From Antedon mediterranea (Eukaryota > Animalia > Echinodermata), in assembly GCF_964355755.1 (NCBI RefSeq), contig NC_092675.1, forward strand, positions 5,823,812-5,887,811: a stretch of 64,000 bases of DNA, in the 5' to 3' direction. Both the position numbers and the translations under genes were made by a program. Position 1 is the stretch's first letter, and each line of letters begins with the position of its first letter. Under the pieces are notes generated by a model. It searched no databases. It was not told where the DNA came from and worked only from the letters and a program-made list of their open reading frames with translations. This document shows, one piece after another, positions 37,139-51,062 of this stretch.

Positions 37139-37456
37139 CTTCTGTGAATCACCCACTTTCGATCGAGTGTGAAGGTAAAAAACAAATGGAAGAATCGTAC
37201 GTATAGCTTTTCAGCAAAAATATCGGGTTTTCCCCAATTTGTATTAACAGATTGTGGCAAAAACAGAAAAACAATTAATTAATGTAGCATGTAATTCTTA
37301 AGTACTTGGGATTTTTTAAATTTAAAACTCACAGCGGATGTGTGTAATTATTTTTATGATTTTTTTAATAACTGTGTAATAACTTTACGTTCTGTTTTCA
37401 TATAAAAAACTTCATTATACTACGAAGAAATAAGTATACTGTATCAATTGTTGTTA

Positions 37457-37585
37457 TTTTAGTCTACAGCTCACTATGTCGGTCGGTTGGTCGGATGGTT
37501 GGTCGGTCGTTTTTTTCGGTCGGCCGGTCGGTAAACACTAACTTAACTTTGAGCACGCAACTGCAGCCATGTATATGGCCTTGTT
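37457..37585 (+). mobile_element. DINE-1/HINE-like mini element
   Basis: CTACAGCTCACTATGTCGGTCGG..GTAAACACTAAC..GCCATGTATATGGCCTTGTT. Confidence 0.7.
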
Positions 37586-38000
37586 CTAACCAAATTATCT
37601 TTTCCATTTTGTTTGATACTGCTTAGGCAGAGAGAAATAGATTTTATAGAAATGTTTTGCTATTTTGCTGCACTTCGTTTTCATAATATTTTTTATCAAT
37701 ATCAGTTTCTTTCAAGTAATATAATATTTATGTTAGTATATCTACTGAATCCATTATTTAATCCTTGTTTTGCTCAATTTGTAACTGTAATTAATTTTTA
37801 TTTTACAGTAATTTATTTTAATCTCGTTAAGTTTAAATGGTTCCATACAATTAATGCTATTATTCACAAATCATTGATTGCTATGAAAGTTCGGTATATC
37901 GTTAATCTGTTTAAACATGGAAGAGTGGAAATTTCACTCTTCCTTGGTTTAAAATGTTATATTTGTTATACTAGAAAACAAATTGGATTTTTGTTGTTTC

Positions 38001-39239
38001 TTAGTCCTCAATACTAGTCGTATAATAGACAGATTCGGATTTAGTAATGTTATCAAAATATCTCAGGCACTGTAAGCTGGTAATTATTATAAGGTATAGA
38101 AACATGATAGACTGAACTGATAAGAGAAGTATTATAATAATAGGATTCTCGAAAGTTTTAAATGTCTCAAGAGGCTGAGATTCAACAGAAGTGAGAGTTT
38201 TTTTAGAAGTGTAAAGAGTTTCATCCGCCATTATATCAGTGCGTATTCTGTGAACTTCTGTGCTAGCTTCGTACTCTATGAATTTCTCTATTTGAATCGT
38301 CATCGTCGTTGATTTCAAAACATCACCGTCGTCAACTGTACATGTTATGTTCTCTCCTTGCATTTCACTAGAAACACGTCTGATGAACAACTTGTTAGAT
38401 AAATTTGCCTGTTCTATTGCCTCATTAAAAATTGCATCATTCGTTGAATTCCATCGAAATTGAATTTCTTCTTTGTGTATCTCTTTAAGATCATTCAATG
38501 AAGTTTCGCGCTTCCACCATTCAAATGCTTTGCACCAAATGGCTCCAGATTTGTTTATCATAAATGCAGTTGCAATAATGGTGACCACAATATGACGTTT
38601 AATAACAAAGGTAGATGAACACCAATTCACGTCATTCGTTTGCATTGTACATGTGTAATCAGTTCCCTCATCTCTATCCATTGCTATGAACATAGCACTA
38701 CTAATAACCTTGTTCTTATTTGTAGTATTAGTAAAAACTGCGTGTTTAGGGAAATTTTCAACATCCCAGTACAGCTTCAAAGATGGATACGGGTATGTTT
38801 CACAACTTAATGTGACATTTTCACCGACAAAGTACTCTGATTTTGAATTTCTACATACTGGATTTGATGGTATCGGCAGTACTACTAGTTTCATCTTACG
38901 AGAATTAACAAGTAATCCATCGCCTTGATATATACATTTGTAAAAACCACTGTCTGTTTCACTTAGATTTGAAAGAACAATTTTTATCCGCAGTTTGTCC
39001 GTTAACATTGACCAATGTGTAGAGTAAATTTCAACATCATTTTTCTTCCAAATAGTATTGCCAATGAAGGTTTGTGTTTCTGATCCTTTATAAATATCAA
39101 AATCGCAATAAAATGTAAACGATTCACCAAAAACCGCATAACTAACATCATTTTCAGGATAGCATTGTAGAGGCTGAGTTGATTTAATTATGGGTAAGAA
39201 GAGAAGAAACAGGTAAACGATAACCAACAAAAGACTCAT
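38001..39239 (-). CDS. IgSF family B copy B3, 412 aa, intact
   Basis: Same architecture as B2; ATG preceded by TTTTCAG|T; TM ILLLSVQSIMFLYLII; slightly longer tail. Confidence 0.92.
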   Translation of the reverse strand: MSLLLVIVYLFLLFLPIIKSTQPLQCYPENDVSYAVFGESFTFYCDFDIYKGSETQTFIGNTIWKKNDVEIYSTHWSMLTDKLRIKIVLSNLSETDSGFYKCIYQGDGLLVNSRKMKLVVLPIPSNPVCRNSKSEYFVGENVTLSCETYPYPSLKLYWDVENFPKHAVFTNTTNKNKVISSAMFIAMDRDEGTDYTCTMQTNDVNWCSSTFVIKRHIVVTIIATAFMINKSGAIWCKAFEWWKRETSLNDLKEIHKEEIQFRWNSTNDAIFNEAIEQANLSNKLFIRRVSSEMQGENITCTVDDGDVLKSTTMTIQIEKFIEYEASTEVHRIRTDIMADETLYTSKKTLTSVESQPLETFKTFENPIIIILLLSVQSIMFLYLIIITSLQCLRYFDNITKSESVYYTTSIED

Positions 39240-40084
39240 ACTGAAAACAGAAAATGCTTCCCAGTGTGAAAATATACCGGTATCAGCTTAAAAAGAAAAA
39301 CACTGTTTACTTGATATACCTGTTGTCAATGATACAGGACCAAACTACAGCGAACTAAAGTGGTTTGACAACGCTTTTCCTAATGATTCGTTTGATAATA
39401 CTGTTGTTGGTCTTGCAATGCATTTTTTCAATTACCTTATTTTCATCAATTCTTGTTAAACTTGTATGAATCATAAAAATCAACTATTTATTGGATATAG
39501 AAACAATATTTGAATGGAAATGAATCAGACGCCACTTTGAACTACAAATGCTTGATATAAATAATTCGCTAATGATAGTAATAAATCTACTAAGATTAAC
39601 ACAAATAAATACATAAACAATAATTATAAAACAAATTATCAATAAAAACCCTATAAACAAGATAAATGCTATATTTGTGGATAACCTTACATAACCAGTT
39701 AATTAAATTACCGTAAACGTGCAAAAAAGGAGAAATTATACATGGAAAATGAAGAGGCATGTAACATAAACGAACTGTTGGTCTGAACATTACGATTTTA
39801 ATTGATTTCATTTGTGTATACACAAATTTCAGTTTCATAATACAATATGTTCGTTTTTATTAATGAATAATTTTACCACATAAGTCGTTTATTCTTTTAT
39901 TTGTTTTAATGGATTATGATATGATATTTCTTACTCGTCTAGACCGTTCCAACCCAAACTGACCCTTTGCCATCCGGCCTTTGCACCCTCTTTGCCACCG
40001 CTCCTAGGCCATTTGCCACCGACAATTATCGACCAATTTATGATCTTTCTTTCCTTCAATGCACATATATATCAACAATGTTTG

Positions 40085-40445
40085 TTCTGAAGTTTTTGTT
40101 AATATTTATACATTAATGGTTTACCCAGTGTATATCTGACATACTTTTTTTTATATCTTTATGCTGATGACACTACAATTTTTAATTCACAAACAAATTG
40201 GAGAACGTTAATGATTGTTTCAAACAAACTTTCAATTAATATCAGCAAATGCCATTATGCTTGATTAATACCTGATTAATTTACTTTTAATTTACCTTGT
40301 TGTCCATAAACTTAGAGTGAAATAAACTAAGAATTAAACTTCAAAACCCACATTAAAGAAATAGAAACTAAAATATCTAAAAATGTCCGAATATTATATC
40401 GTCTTTCTATTTAACTTACCTAAACAAATCCTTCGCATTATTTAC
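40085..40445 (+). mobile_element. Degraded LINE (L2/CR1 group) reverse transcriptase fragment
   Basis: CTTTATGCTGATGACACTACAATT = LYADDTTI at ~40158, followed by degenerate KxHI..KISKN-like sequence. Confidence 0.55.
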
Positions 40446-41419
40446 TGTTCATTCATTTCAATTATCTACCTACTAAACTTTCTTGCAGATTCATAAAAAT
40501 GACAATGACATTCATAATTATAACACTTTTTTTTCAATCTTTCATTTCAATAGTACTTTACAAAAACAATGAACATTACAGATATAATAAATCAATTTCC
40601 TATAGCAAACATATAAAGAGTGGGTATCACTATTAATATGATCCCCATCTTCCACTTCCCTCATGAAAGTAAATTTTAAATTTTTAAATTGTTCACATTA
40701 AAACAAATCTTGCTTCAACAATATCTTCCAGTAAATATTAAAAAACGCGCTTTCATGGTTTTTTTTAGGAAAACCTGAACTACTATTAAGAAAACCAATT
40801 TAAATTTTTTAGACTAATATGGGGACTCTTTCAAGCAAACCTTCGTGGTTTCCTGAGACCCTATTTCACTATTTTATTTTTTAAAACATTGTACATAGGC
40901 CTATCATTATTTCACATTATGATTTGATGAATAAACGTTTGTATTTGTAACATAATTGTCTTGTCTTTTTGTGCTTTGCTTATTTGTCTGTCCTGTTTTT
41001 TTTTTGTGCATATTAAATTGAGCATTGAACATTAAATTTGATTACAATTTTCTGCTTTTCTGCTCACAAATTTAATTGGAGACCTTAAATGTATTGCTAC
41101 CATTTTTTTCCTCTTTAATATTCATATTTATAAATGTTGTATCGAATTGTAAATATTGTTCAATTTAATGTATAGGCCTAATACAAATGTATTATACAAA
41201 TCAATACAAATACAACCATTCTTTATTTGTCAAAAAGCATAAATACAATCAGATAAAAAAGATTCATAGACAAAAGGAATCATTGTTAGGCTTGTTATAC
41301 AAGCAGGGAGGGGCCAATACCTAATCATATAAAATCACAACTAAACCCACAAGAAATAGTAATAATCAGCAGTACTTAGTACATTAATCACTAGTATAAG
41401 AATAATTAAAATAAGATAA

Positions 41420-42120
41420 AAATATTGATATTTAAAGGACTTGATTGAATTAATTCTATAATAACCGGGCCAATATTGTTCCACAGATGAGGCCCAGTGC
41501 AACCGACATGAGGACTAGACAAAACATTATTATGATAAATCTTATGGAGTTCTAAGATCGAACTTTCTGGTACAATACTAGTGACACTGACCATCAGTAT
41601 GGATAAATAAGGCCAGATATGTTTATATTTAATTTGTTAACATCATTGTACATAAAGATAGCAGTTTGATATTTATTGTCAGATAATTAAGAAAACTTCA
41701 ACTATGAAATAGCGGAGCAGTATGAGCATCGAGGAGAGACCGTGTGATGGCTCTTACTTTTTTTTTTCTGAATGATAACAAGTTTACTTAATCTTGTGTT
41801 ATAATTAGTACACCAGGCAATGTTGCAATATAGTACAATAAGTATAATTCGTCAGTCAAGACACCAAGATATTTATTATATTTAGGCTAACCCTATCGAT
41901 ATTTTAAAAGTTAATATTTAAATTAAGTACATACATTTATAAAATTTGTTTTTGTTACATTGAGTGAGAGTTTGTTACATTGAAAATATTCATTTAGCTT
42001 TAAAAACAATTCTATATTAACGGTGTCCTGAAGAGTAAGCCCATTTAAAAACAGATTAGTATCATCAGCATAAGGTCATAGAAAAAATGACAGAAGAATG
42101 TAAAATCATCTATAACAGTA
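41420..42120 (-). mobile_element. Degraded LINE (L2/CR1 group) ORF2 3' fragment
   Basis: Minus strand gives YADDTNLF (~42050-42073), YCNIAW..LVIIQKK..RAIT..AHTAPLF (~41705-41835) and GPHLWN (~41480). Confidence 0.7.
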
Positions 42121-42379
42121 TACTGCTCTCTGCCTTCAAGATCAATTTAATTCCACGATTCCATAGTGCATAAGTTTATTAAACAGAATGCCATGATTTA
42201 TAATTGTATCGGAACTGGAATTACACGATTTTCAATAGCAGTATGGATTTTCTTAATAAGATTCATACCATATAAGTTGAGTTGTTTTAAGGAAAACCAT
42301 ATTGACAATGTTATATTTATCAATATACGAGTACAATCTGTTGAGGGATTGTGGTAAAGCGGATTCTCTCCTTTCTATT

Positions 42380-42600
42380 TTGTTTGTATCTCTATAATTT
42401 TTTAAATTAGCATCTGAAGTTGGTTCAAATATCACTCGAGGCTCAACCTTTAAATTAAAGAAACCTAGATGGAACTCAACTAAACGGAATAATTTTTTTG
42501 ATACTAGAGTAATTAACAAGTGGAACTCGCTGCCCGAATCTGTTGTCAATAGCAAGAGTGTAAATTCATTCAAAAACAAACTTGACAAATACACACACAT
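42380..42600 (+). mobile_element. CR1-type LINE ORF2 C-terminal fragment
   Basis: Translates TRGSTFKLKKPR..RNNFFDTRVINKWNSLPESVVNSKSVNSFKNKLDKY, the typical CR1 ORF2 ending. Confidence 0.8.
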
Positions 42601-43707
42601 ACACACATATGAGAAAAGAGGCTCCCTACGAGTTTTAAAAAAAAAACTCATTGCCTCTTAACTTTACTAAAGGTAAGAATTACTAAAGGTAAGAATCTAC
42701 CAAAACTATCATTACCAATACACTAATCTTGTATTATCTTACAGCCACCATGACTACTACATGATACATTAGCTCCGTTAAACTTGCTTATCGGTGCCCG
42801 GTTGGTTACGCGTGGGAACGAAACAGTAATTTAAAACTGTACTAAGGCTTATGTCTACAGCCATTCTTTTTGTAAACAAAATAATTTGAAAAAATTACAA
42901 CAATAATAATTTATTAAATTTAAGACCCGACTCGTCGTCATGTACCTTGTGTTTTAGATTTAAATTTTGGTTTTGCATTTTATTAGTAATAGCTTTGTTT
43001 GTGATGATTTTGATTACAATGATAATAGCTAATAGCTTTAGTGGTGGTGGTGGTGATGATGATGATGATTAACCTGATGCCTAGTGTTTAGAATGCCATT
43101 ACAAATTATGGGCTTAGCAATATGTTGTTTGACCTTGTGACACTTAATTTTGTGTACAAACAATACTTGTCAACAGCAAAGGTTTACAGATAATAAACAA
43201 TCATAATACCATAATATACCTTATCCTTAAAAACCCGGACATTGTCCTTTGTCAAAAAGGGTAAATATCATTAACCAACCATGATTGCTGTTAACATGTT
43301 GGATGGGTAAATATATATATGATTAGAGCATTCGAGTTGGTTACATTGCGTTGCTGAAAAGAGTCAAAAATTGTATTCATTATCAAGGTATGTGTTACTT
43401 TTTTACAATATTATATATTCTATAATTGTACCTCCTTCTACCGTCCAATGTTTTGGGGATAAATATGTTATCCAGGATTATAAGTTTCTGGCACAATAGC
43501 CGTAGTTAACTCAATTCAATTTTTAAGATTAATATGTCATTATGAGGATCATTTATATTTTGATACTTAATTAAGTGGAACTTGATTTTTCTTTAATAAA
43601 CTACATTTCAAGTGTTATCATCGAACACTTTTTGCTTGTTGGTTGGTATTTCCATTAAATACATTGTTTTATATTTTCAGACTAATGTACTGAGTACAGA
43701 GACGACA

Positions 43708-44696
43708 ATGTACAAAGCTAGATGTAAATACAATGTCATATTTATCATTGTACTATTTTGCCAGAAATGTTTTGCGTTCAGATTTCTTTATCAACCAATG
43801 GACCATTCAGCAGTAGAAGGGACTAAAGCGTATGTCAATTGCATTTTTAAAGATGTTTCAGAAAACATGAAACGTAAATACGACGTCATCTGGACCAAAG
43901 GTTCTTACATTATCAGCGAACCAAGTAATGGATTTGATTTGGAACGTATTACTATTACGATAGATATGAAGATACAAGACACTTTTTGAGGATTGATTCA
44001 GTAAAAAGAGAGGATGCAGGAGATTACCAATGCTATCTAAGACATAATGGCAATATTCTGCTTACTTCCACGATTGGGAAGCTTACTGTGCGAGAAATAC
44101 CATCAAAAGAATATCCTATTGTTCGGTTTATGAAGTCAGCTTACAGAATTGGAAAAGTTGCCGATGTAACTTGTACTACTGAAAAGACAAACCCCGAACC
44201 AGAATTAACGTGGGACCCAGTATCAAGAGTTATTTTTTCACGTGATAATTGGCCAATGAAATCAAACAATACACACATTTGGATTGAAGAATCACAAATA
44301 GCATCAACCCTTACAAATGGCTCTCGATACATTTGTAGATTAAAAGTACCAGATGAAGTTGCTCCAAGATATACTGGTAGTAAACCACTTTACGTCATAA
44401 ACGATACTGTTAAAGAGACAAGTACTCCTGGCTGGACGACACTAGAAAGAAAAGATGCTGTTTCTAGCAATCGTTTGTCAACTGCAAATCAGGAGTCAGG
44501 CATTATTGATAACAACCATTTATACATATATGTCAGCATAGCAGTAGTAGTAGTCTTAGTAGCTATAATAGTTGTAATAGTTTGGAGACTTGTATCTACT
44601 AAAAAGACATTGAAAATGTTGAAGGACAATAAAAAAGCATTTGAAGAATTAATGGACAATACACAAGTATCACATATAATTCAGAAGGAACAGTAA
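43708..44696 (+). pseudogene. IgSF family A copy A4, single 1-bp deletion
   Basis: actatt-acgataga at ~43956 versus actattcacgataga in A6. ORFs 43612-43989 and 43986-44696 join into a full A-type protein. Confidence 0.85.
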
Positions 44697-45794
44697 GGTT
44701 TTTCCCAGAAGAGTGGACAGACTGCGTATGCGAATCAAAGCACCGTAAAGAGCCGCGGTAGTGTCCACTTTTAGGTGGCCAAGTGAAACAGTCGGGAAGA
44801 CGACGATCTTGTGTTCGCTAGAGCATAAAATCATATTCAGTCAACGTTTTATTAGTTACGCACCCTTGCACGAAGACGACGACGACGACGACGACCGGCG
44901 CGCGCATTGATTGTAAACCTCTAATAAAACTTTGTATTTATTCATTATTTTATTATTCAACTTCTGTTTCCAATAATTGCCAATATAAACAATTAATTTG
45001 TATTATTATCATTACTGTAAATAATCACTGTATATATTTTATAATTTTTTTTTTGTAAACATCACTGTAAATACACGTTATTATGGTTAACATTATAATA
45101 CCAAAAAAATGCACGATTGATAAATAATAATAATAAAGAATAAAGTTCACATATATCTTCATTTACCTATCTTCATGTCTCTTCCCTCCCTCTGTCTCGC
45201 GGCGCGGGGCCTTCCTGAATCGCTTGGCTCTGGTGACACAGCATATGGCCTAGCCTTCCTCTATGGGCCTCGCACTCAAGCGCCGCGCAATTTGTATTGC
45301 TTTTAAATTTAACACATTTTAACCCAATAAAAATGTTATTTCGTTAAACAATTAAATTAGAAGTTCAAATATTATTTAGAGTTTTGAAAATTCCACGTTT
45401 AAGTGTAATTTGAACTATATTATTTAAGGTTATGTACTATTTCTATTCGTTCTCCGTAAACGGAAAAATGACAACTTTATCGTCTTCAAAAGGTTAAGAC
45501 GACAGAATTTCACGCTAAGCCCCGCCCACTTATTCAATTATTCATGAGCACCGTCCTATGGCTTCCCGTCGTGTTTCGTAAAGTCCGTATTGTTTACCAG
45601 AAGACGACTGTTTACCTATGTTATGTAGCCTATAATATGATTTTTGTTTTTTTTTTCCTTTCTATTTTATTTGTGTGTTTAAATATAATCTTTGTCTAAG
45701 AATGTCGTCCACAAGCATTTTGCTTTTTCTAAACATGCCTTCTTCAACTTTTATCGTTTATCTTTTTAGTCGCGTACAACGCGACTCTACAGGA

Positions 45795-46845
45795 CAGGAC
45801 AGGATTATCAAAAGCCGGTGAGCAGTCTTAAATTAACAAGTAAACTTAAATTATTGCATTTTCTCGGGAACTACTTGTCCAAAAAATGTTTGTACAAGAG
45901 GCAAGAGTTATAATTTGTGATTTGTAATTTTAAAACTGAATTAGATTTATTATAGAGGTTTTTTGATGCGAGTAGTTTACAAAACCTATTTCTTTTCAAA
46001 TTCACCCGTGTGTTTTTCGCGTTGCTATTCTATTGTTAGTCGACTGAAGCTATTGTTAGTTGAAAGACTGGTTACATAACCTTTACACCAAACTCGTATA
46101 CACATGATTGTAGTGAAATTAGCCTAAATCACACAGCATAAGACACACACTTTTGGCGAAAATCAGGGTCAATGTCAGGAGGCCAATTTTGATTTGGCCA
46201 AGTATCGCGCTATGCGCGAAGGCTAGTTTGTTTGTTAGCAGGATTACTCAAAAAGTAATTACAAGATATTTACCAAAATGAACATACAGATAGATATGGG
46301 GTCAAGGACCATTCCATTAAATTTTGGGACCATTGTCCCAATTCTGGACCACTTTTTAGTATACTTTTCAGACCTGCTAGTGTTAAAAGATAGGACAGAA
46401 TTTTTCAAAAGCCGGCGAGCAGTCTTAAAGTAACAAGTATACTGAAATTGCATTTTCTCGAGAACTACTTGTCCAAAAAACTTCATTTTTGTACAAGAGG
46501 CAAGAGTTATAATTTGTAATTTGTAATTTTAAAACATAATTTGATTTAATGTTCACGTTTTTTGATGCCAGTAGTTTAAAAAAACCTATTTTCTTTTCAA
46601 ATTCACTCGTTTGATTTTCGCGTTGCTGTTCTATTGTTAGTCAACTGAAGCTATTGTTAATTGAAAGGCTTGTTACATAACCATTACACCAAACTCGCAT
46701 ACACATGCTTGTAGTGAAATTAGCCTAAATCACAAACAGCATTAAGACACACACAAATATATATATATTTTTTTTTACCGGACAAATCTTATGTAGGAGA
46801 ATTTTACAGTAGGCGGAGGTATGCACTCTCGGAGTGGCTTTCTAG
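45795..46845 (+). mobile_element. Two tandem related Helentron-like non-autonomous elements (third family)
   Basis: 45811-46150 repeats at 46408-46754. The units end in hairpin+CTAG+T-run at 46226 (TCGCGC-tat-GCGCGA) and 46845 (CACTC-tcg-GAGTG). Confidence 0.65.
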
Positions 46846-46929
46846 TTTTTCTATGTTTTTGTCACTATTATTTTATGTTTATTGCCGAAATGAATAAAAT
46901 GTGGTTATGTTTTTAAGATACGCAATCAA

Positions 46930-47230
46930 AAATTACGCGGTCTACGCACGATTTAATGAAATCACGTTTGTAATCAATCTTCAAGCATAAATCACAATTA
47001 AATAAAATTTGGTACTCATAAATTTCAGGTCATATTTCATCATATGGCAATACAATTACGTGCGTAGCGCATATAACGTATGCGTACGCGCGCTTAAAAT
47101 TGTCAAAATTTATTTTCGATGAAATTAGAGAACGCTTCAGGCATTTTTAAGCGTTTAAAAAATTGCCATGAACGCACTGCGCGTTAAACCATAATATGCA
47201 CCCGATTTCTGTTTTACAACCTTTCTTTAA
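46930..47230 (+). mobile_element. Diverged fragment related to the 6.1-16.7 kb array unit
   Basis: TACGCACGATTTAATGAA..TACGCGCGCTTAAAATT..ACGCTTCAGGCATTTTTAAGCGTTTAAAAAATT is colinear with the array unit motifs. Confidence 0.5.
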
Positions 47231-47386
47231 TGATATCATCAAGAATCTCCATGTAGGGCTTTCTCTTTCCAGCCCTTTGTTTTCTGCTCTTGCCACCTCT
47301 TCTGATAATCTATAAGATTTCCTTTTTCATCTAACACCTTCTCCTTTAAAGCAAATTGCAGCATCCACTGTAGTATTTTTACTCTA

Positions 47387-47490
47387 CTCTACAGCTCACT
47401 ATGTCGGTCGGTTGGTCGGTCGGTTTGTCGGTCGGTAAACACTAACTCAAATTTGAGCACGCGACTGCAGCCATGTATATGGCCATGTTT
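47387..47490 (+). mobile_element. DINE-1/HINE-like mini element
   Basis: Same core as 37457-37585. Confidence 0.7.
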
Positions 47491-48744
47491 CCCTTCATTC
47501 TTGTTTTATTAACGAATCCCCGTCCGTAGCTATAAATTTCAAATTATAATCAATTTAGATCAATTATTGTGCATGGTCTACAGTATCTATTCGTTTTTTA
47601 TTTTTTTCCGCGAAAACTCCTAAGGGAGTCCAAAATGTGTCCCCTACTGTATTCGAAACCATCTATGAGCACGACCTTGATGGTAGATCTACACGAGCGA
47701 AGCGAGCGTACCAATACCATCTAGTTTTTTAAATTACTGTATTAACATTTTCTTGTAATTATTCCCATCATGTAAGTTTCACAATAAGGTAAACGTTGAT
47801 TTCAATAGCTCTTACACGGATTGTTGAACAAATTTACTTTTAATACAAGATGCTATACTACTTATAAACGTACCTTCCAATAGGCCTATGGCGGGAGTCC
47901 CGTCATTTCCCGATAAAATGCAATTTTCTCTTGATATTTTGGATAAACAAAACAAAAAAAATTCTAATTTCTCTTAATCTTAATAACCAAAAATAGAAAA
48001 TATGTTAAATATAGGTCTGCAAGATAAGTTTGTAATAAATTAATGTATTGTTCAATAAGTTAAATAGGATAGCCAAACTATATATTGTTCACGCCATACA
48101 ATGCAAATAGTCTGGGAGCCCAGAAGGTTTTAATTAGCAATTTGAGTACAAAAGGTTTCAGGTGTGGAGTATGTAGATATAGTCTATGGGACCCAGAAAT
48201 GGCAATTCTTAAGTAACGGGTCCTATTCAATTTTAAGGGGATTTTAACCACTCAAATTACCCCTAAAAAATTGATTTAATTAGCATTTCGAGTACATGGA
48301 CCGAACCATATATATTATATAGTGTTGCTACATGTGTTATTGTTTATTGTAAATGTTTATTCTTATGGTGTTTTTATCCTTAAGGGCCACAATGGAAATA
48401 AGTTAGACCTTTGGTTACTTTTTTGTGTTACCCGGAATTCATTCTTTACTTAAGAACGCCCTTAATTAGCGCTAATTAGACATTTAATTAGTATTTTGAG
48501 TACATCAACAAAATTCACCCACTGAATCGTCCCAGCTAGCTTGGGGTCTACTTTCCCAGGTTTGGTCGGATTGAGAAGCCGAGGAGGTAAATGTTGAGAG
48601 CTAACGGGCTTGCTTTCTGATAGGAAATGTATATAAATTTTGTGTGGTATTTATAAAGTTGTTAAAGGTGTACTTTATTTATATTGGCAATGTTGATATA
48701 ATTATATAAAACTAAATTACTAAAAAAATACCAATACCTTTGCA

Positions 48745-49228
48745 CAGAGCCATATACCGTATATAAAGAGTTACGAGATTGGATTATAGTCACGTGATAT
48801 GCAGATCAATTTGTGTCAAACTTTTCTCCGTTAGTGCATGTAAAGTATAGGAGCAAGAAAATACTTTAAACTTTTTCTTATATTTAAAAAAATGTATTTG
48901 CACATTTTACGGTGAAATATCGACGTGCACAGCGTACAGAACTACTTGCGCCAATAAATATTATCCTAACTTGCATGTAGGCCCTAGCATTTATTCTTTG
49001 TTATTATAGACACAATATATATATGTTACCAAATTAATAAAATTAATTACTAAAATAAAAACGGAATCTAAGCGTTATTTCATTGACAACAAAATCTAAA
49101 AATAATGCATGGAACTACAGGAAAACGCTATACAAAAGAGACGCGCGCGCCCTCAGCGTGCGAATTCTTTGATACAAAAATGGCTTCTAATCTTCAATGT
49201 CGTAACTCTCTTTATATATGGCTCTCTG
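48745..49228. mobile_element. MITE with 8-bp TSD (P- or hAT-type)
   Basis: TIR CAGAGCCATATA..AAAGAGTTACGA / TCGTAACTCTCTTTATATATGGCTCTCTG; direct repeat CCTTTGCA at 48737-48744 and 49229-49236. Confidence 0.85.
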
Positions 49229-51062
49229 CCTTTGCATTTTAAATAGCACCCTCTATAGATTGATGTATTTTTAAAATACTATAGTGCCCTCTATAGTTTG
49301 GATATAATTTCGTTAAAGGTTTCTTTATTTCATTTTGGCTTACAGAATTTGTCAATTCGAGACCTTTATTAGTACTGTGATTCTATCAGTAAATAATAAA
49401 TCATTGGTTAGAAGATAAATTTGTTTTTTAAATGCAAAATGTTTCGTCATCCAAAAGTTCTATTGGGGAATTTAGCGAAATCATTTTAAGAGGCAGTGCA
49501 TAGGCCTATATAGTTTCTTCATTTTTGTTGCAAAGCTAAAACAAGAATCCGGCATTATCATTTGGCATGTTTGATCGCAGTCTAAACGTTTAAAATGCAC
49601 AAAATTATTATTAGCTCCTGTGGACATTGTTAAATTTTTCTAAAGTATAATATAATGGCTTGATACAAACAAACACACAATCTTCGGTACCGATTGCATA
49701 AGGAACAGAATAATACAAGAAATGCACACTGAGGGATTGTGTAGTAAATTGTTGCGGATTCTTTCCATTTTTTTAGGTACAAATATCTACCGAATATATT
49801 TAAAAATACACTCATGTTACTATCTTTATCTTACAGCCAATGTGACTACTACATGATAAATTAACTCCGTTAAAACTTGCTTATCGGTCGTGGTGATTAT
49901 TGTTTGGTCGACTCAGAATCTTTTATCTATCTTACGTCATGGTTTATTGTAGTCTCACCATACACTGATATTGTCAAATATTTAGATATTGATAACTATT
50001 TCATAATTTTCCAGTGATCATATATATTCCTTTTATTGTATTTTTCGAATTAGCAGTAAATTAGACTTAGGCTATATTTAGAGCATATTACGATAAAAAT
50101 ATATTTGTATAATCAAAATTATTTGTATGAGGCACTTTACAATTTCGTTATTTTATGGTTCGGTTGGTTGTTATGTACCTTGTTTAGTGTAAATCTGGTT
50201 AATTGCAGTTAGTGTATTTACAACTTTAATTTAATGACACATGTAGGCCAATAGGTATTTACAACACAATGCCGTTCTTTATACAAAAACTATGTAACAA
50301 TTTATATAGCAGAATATTTTACCGCCTGATATAAAATAATCTCTACGCTGTTATTGCTCTCTACGTTTCGATGTACTGTTTTCATGATATGTTTGGGTTT
50401 ATCTTTTTGTATAATACTGTAATACAGTAGTCATCTACGAGGTTTTTTAGTTGTGATCTTGATTACAATGATAGTAAATAACTTTGATGATGATGATGTA
50501 TTATGATTTTGATGATGTTGATGATAGATAATGATGATGATTGATACTCGTCATTATGGTAACTTTATGATCTCTATTTTTGGAATTTGCCATTTCCCCA
50601 AGATACCATATACAGATTAATAATAAGCCTAACAATGTTGTTTGATTTTGTGACATTGATTGTTGTGTACGAAAACACTTGTCAAAGCCAAAGTTAACAG
50701 ATAAAGATCATAATCACGTTGCTATACCTTTTATTATACTTAATTTTTAAAACCGTACCTTGTCCCCTTTGACAAAAAAAGTAAACATATTCTTATCATG
50801 ATCGCTGTAATGTGTTTGATAAAGTAACATGTTTGACTTGAATATTCAATCCAAGTTAGTTGCATTGAAGTCAACTGTATTGATTATCAACTTTAAGGTA
50901 TGTATAAGTTTACTCAATTAAATTTGTTGAGGTTAATTATGTCATCGTGAGCATCAATGTATTTTTTACATTTTAAATGTTTTTTACTTGTAGGTCGGCA
51001 TTTCCACTGTATAATATCCTGCTAATATTTTCAGATTAAAGATCCCGAGAACAGAGGTGACA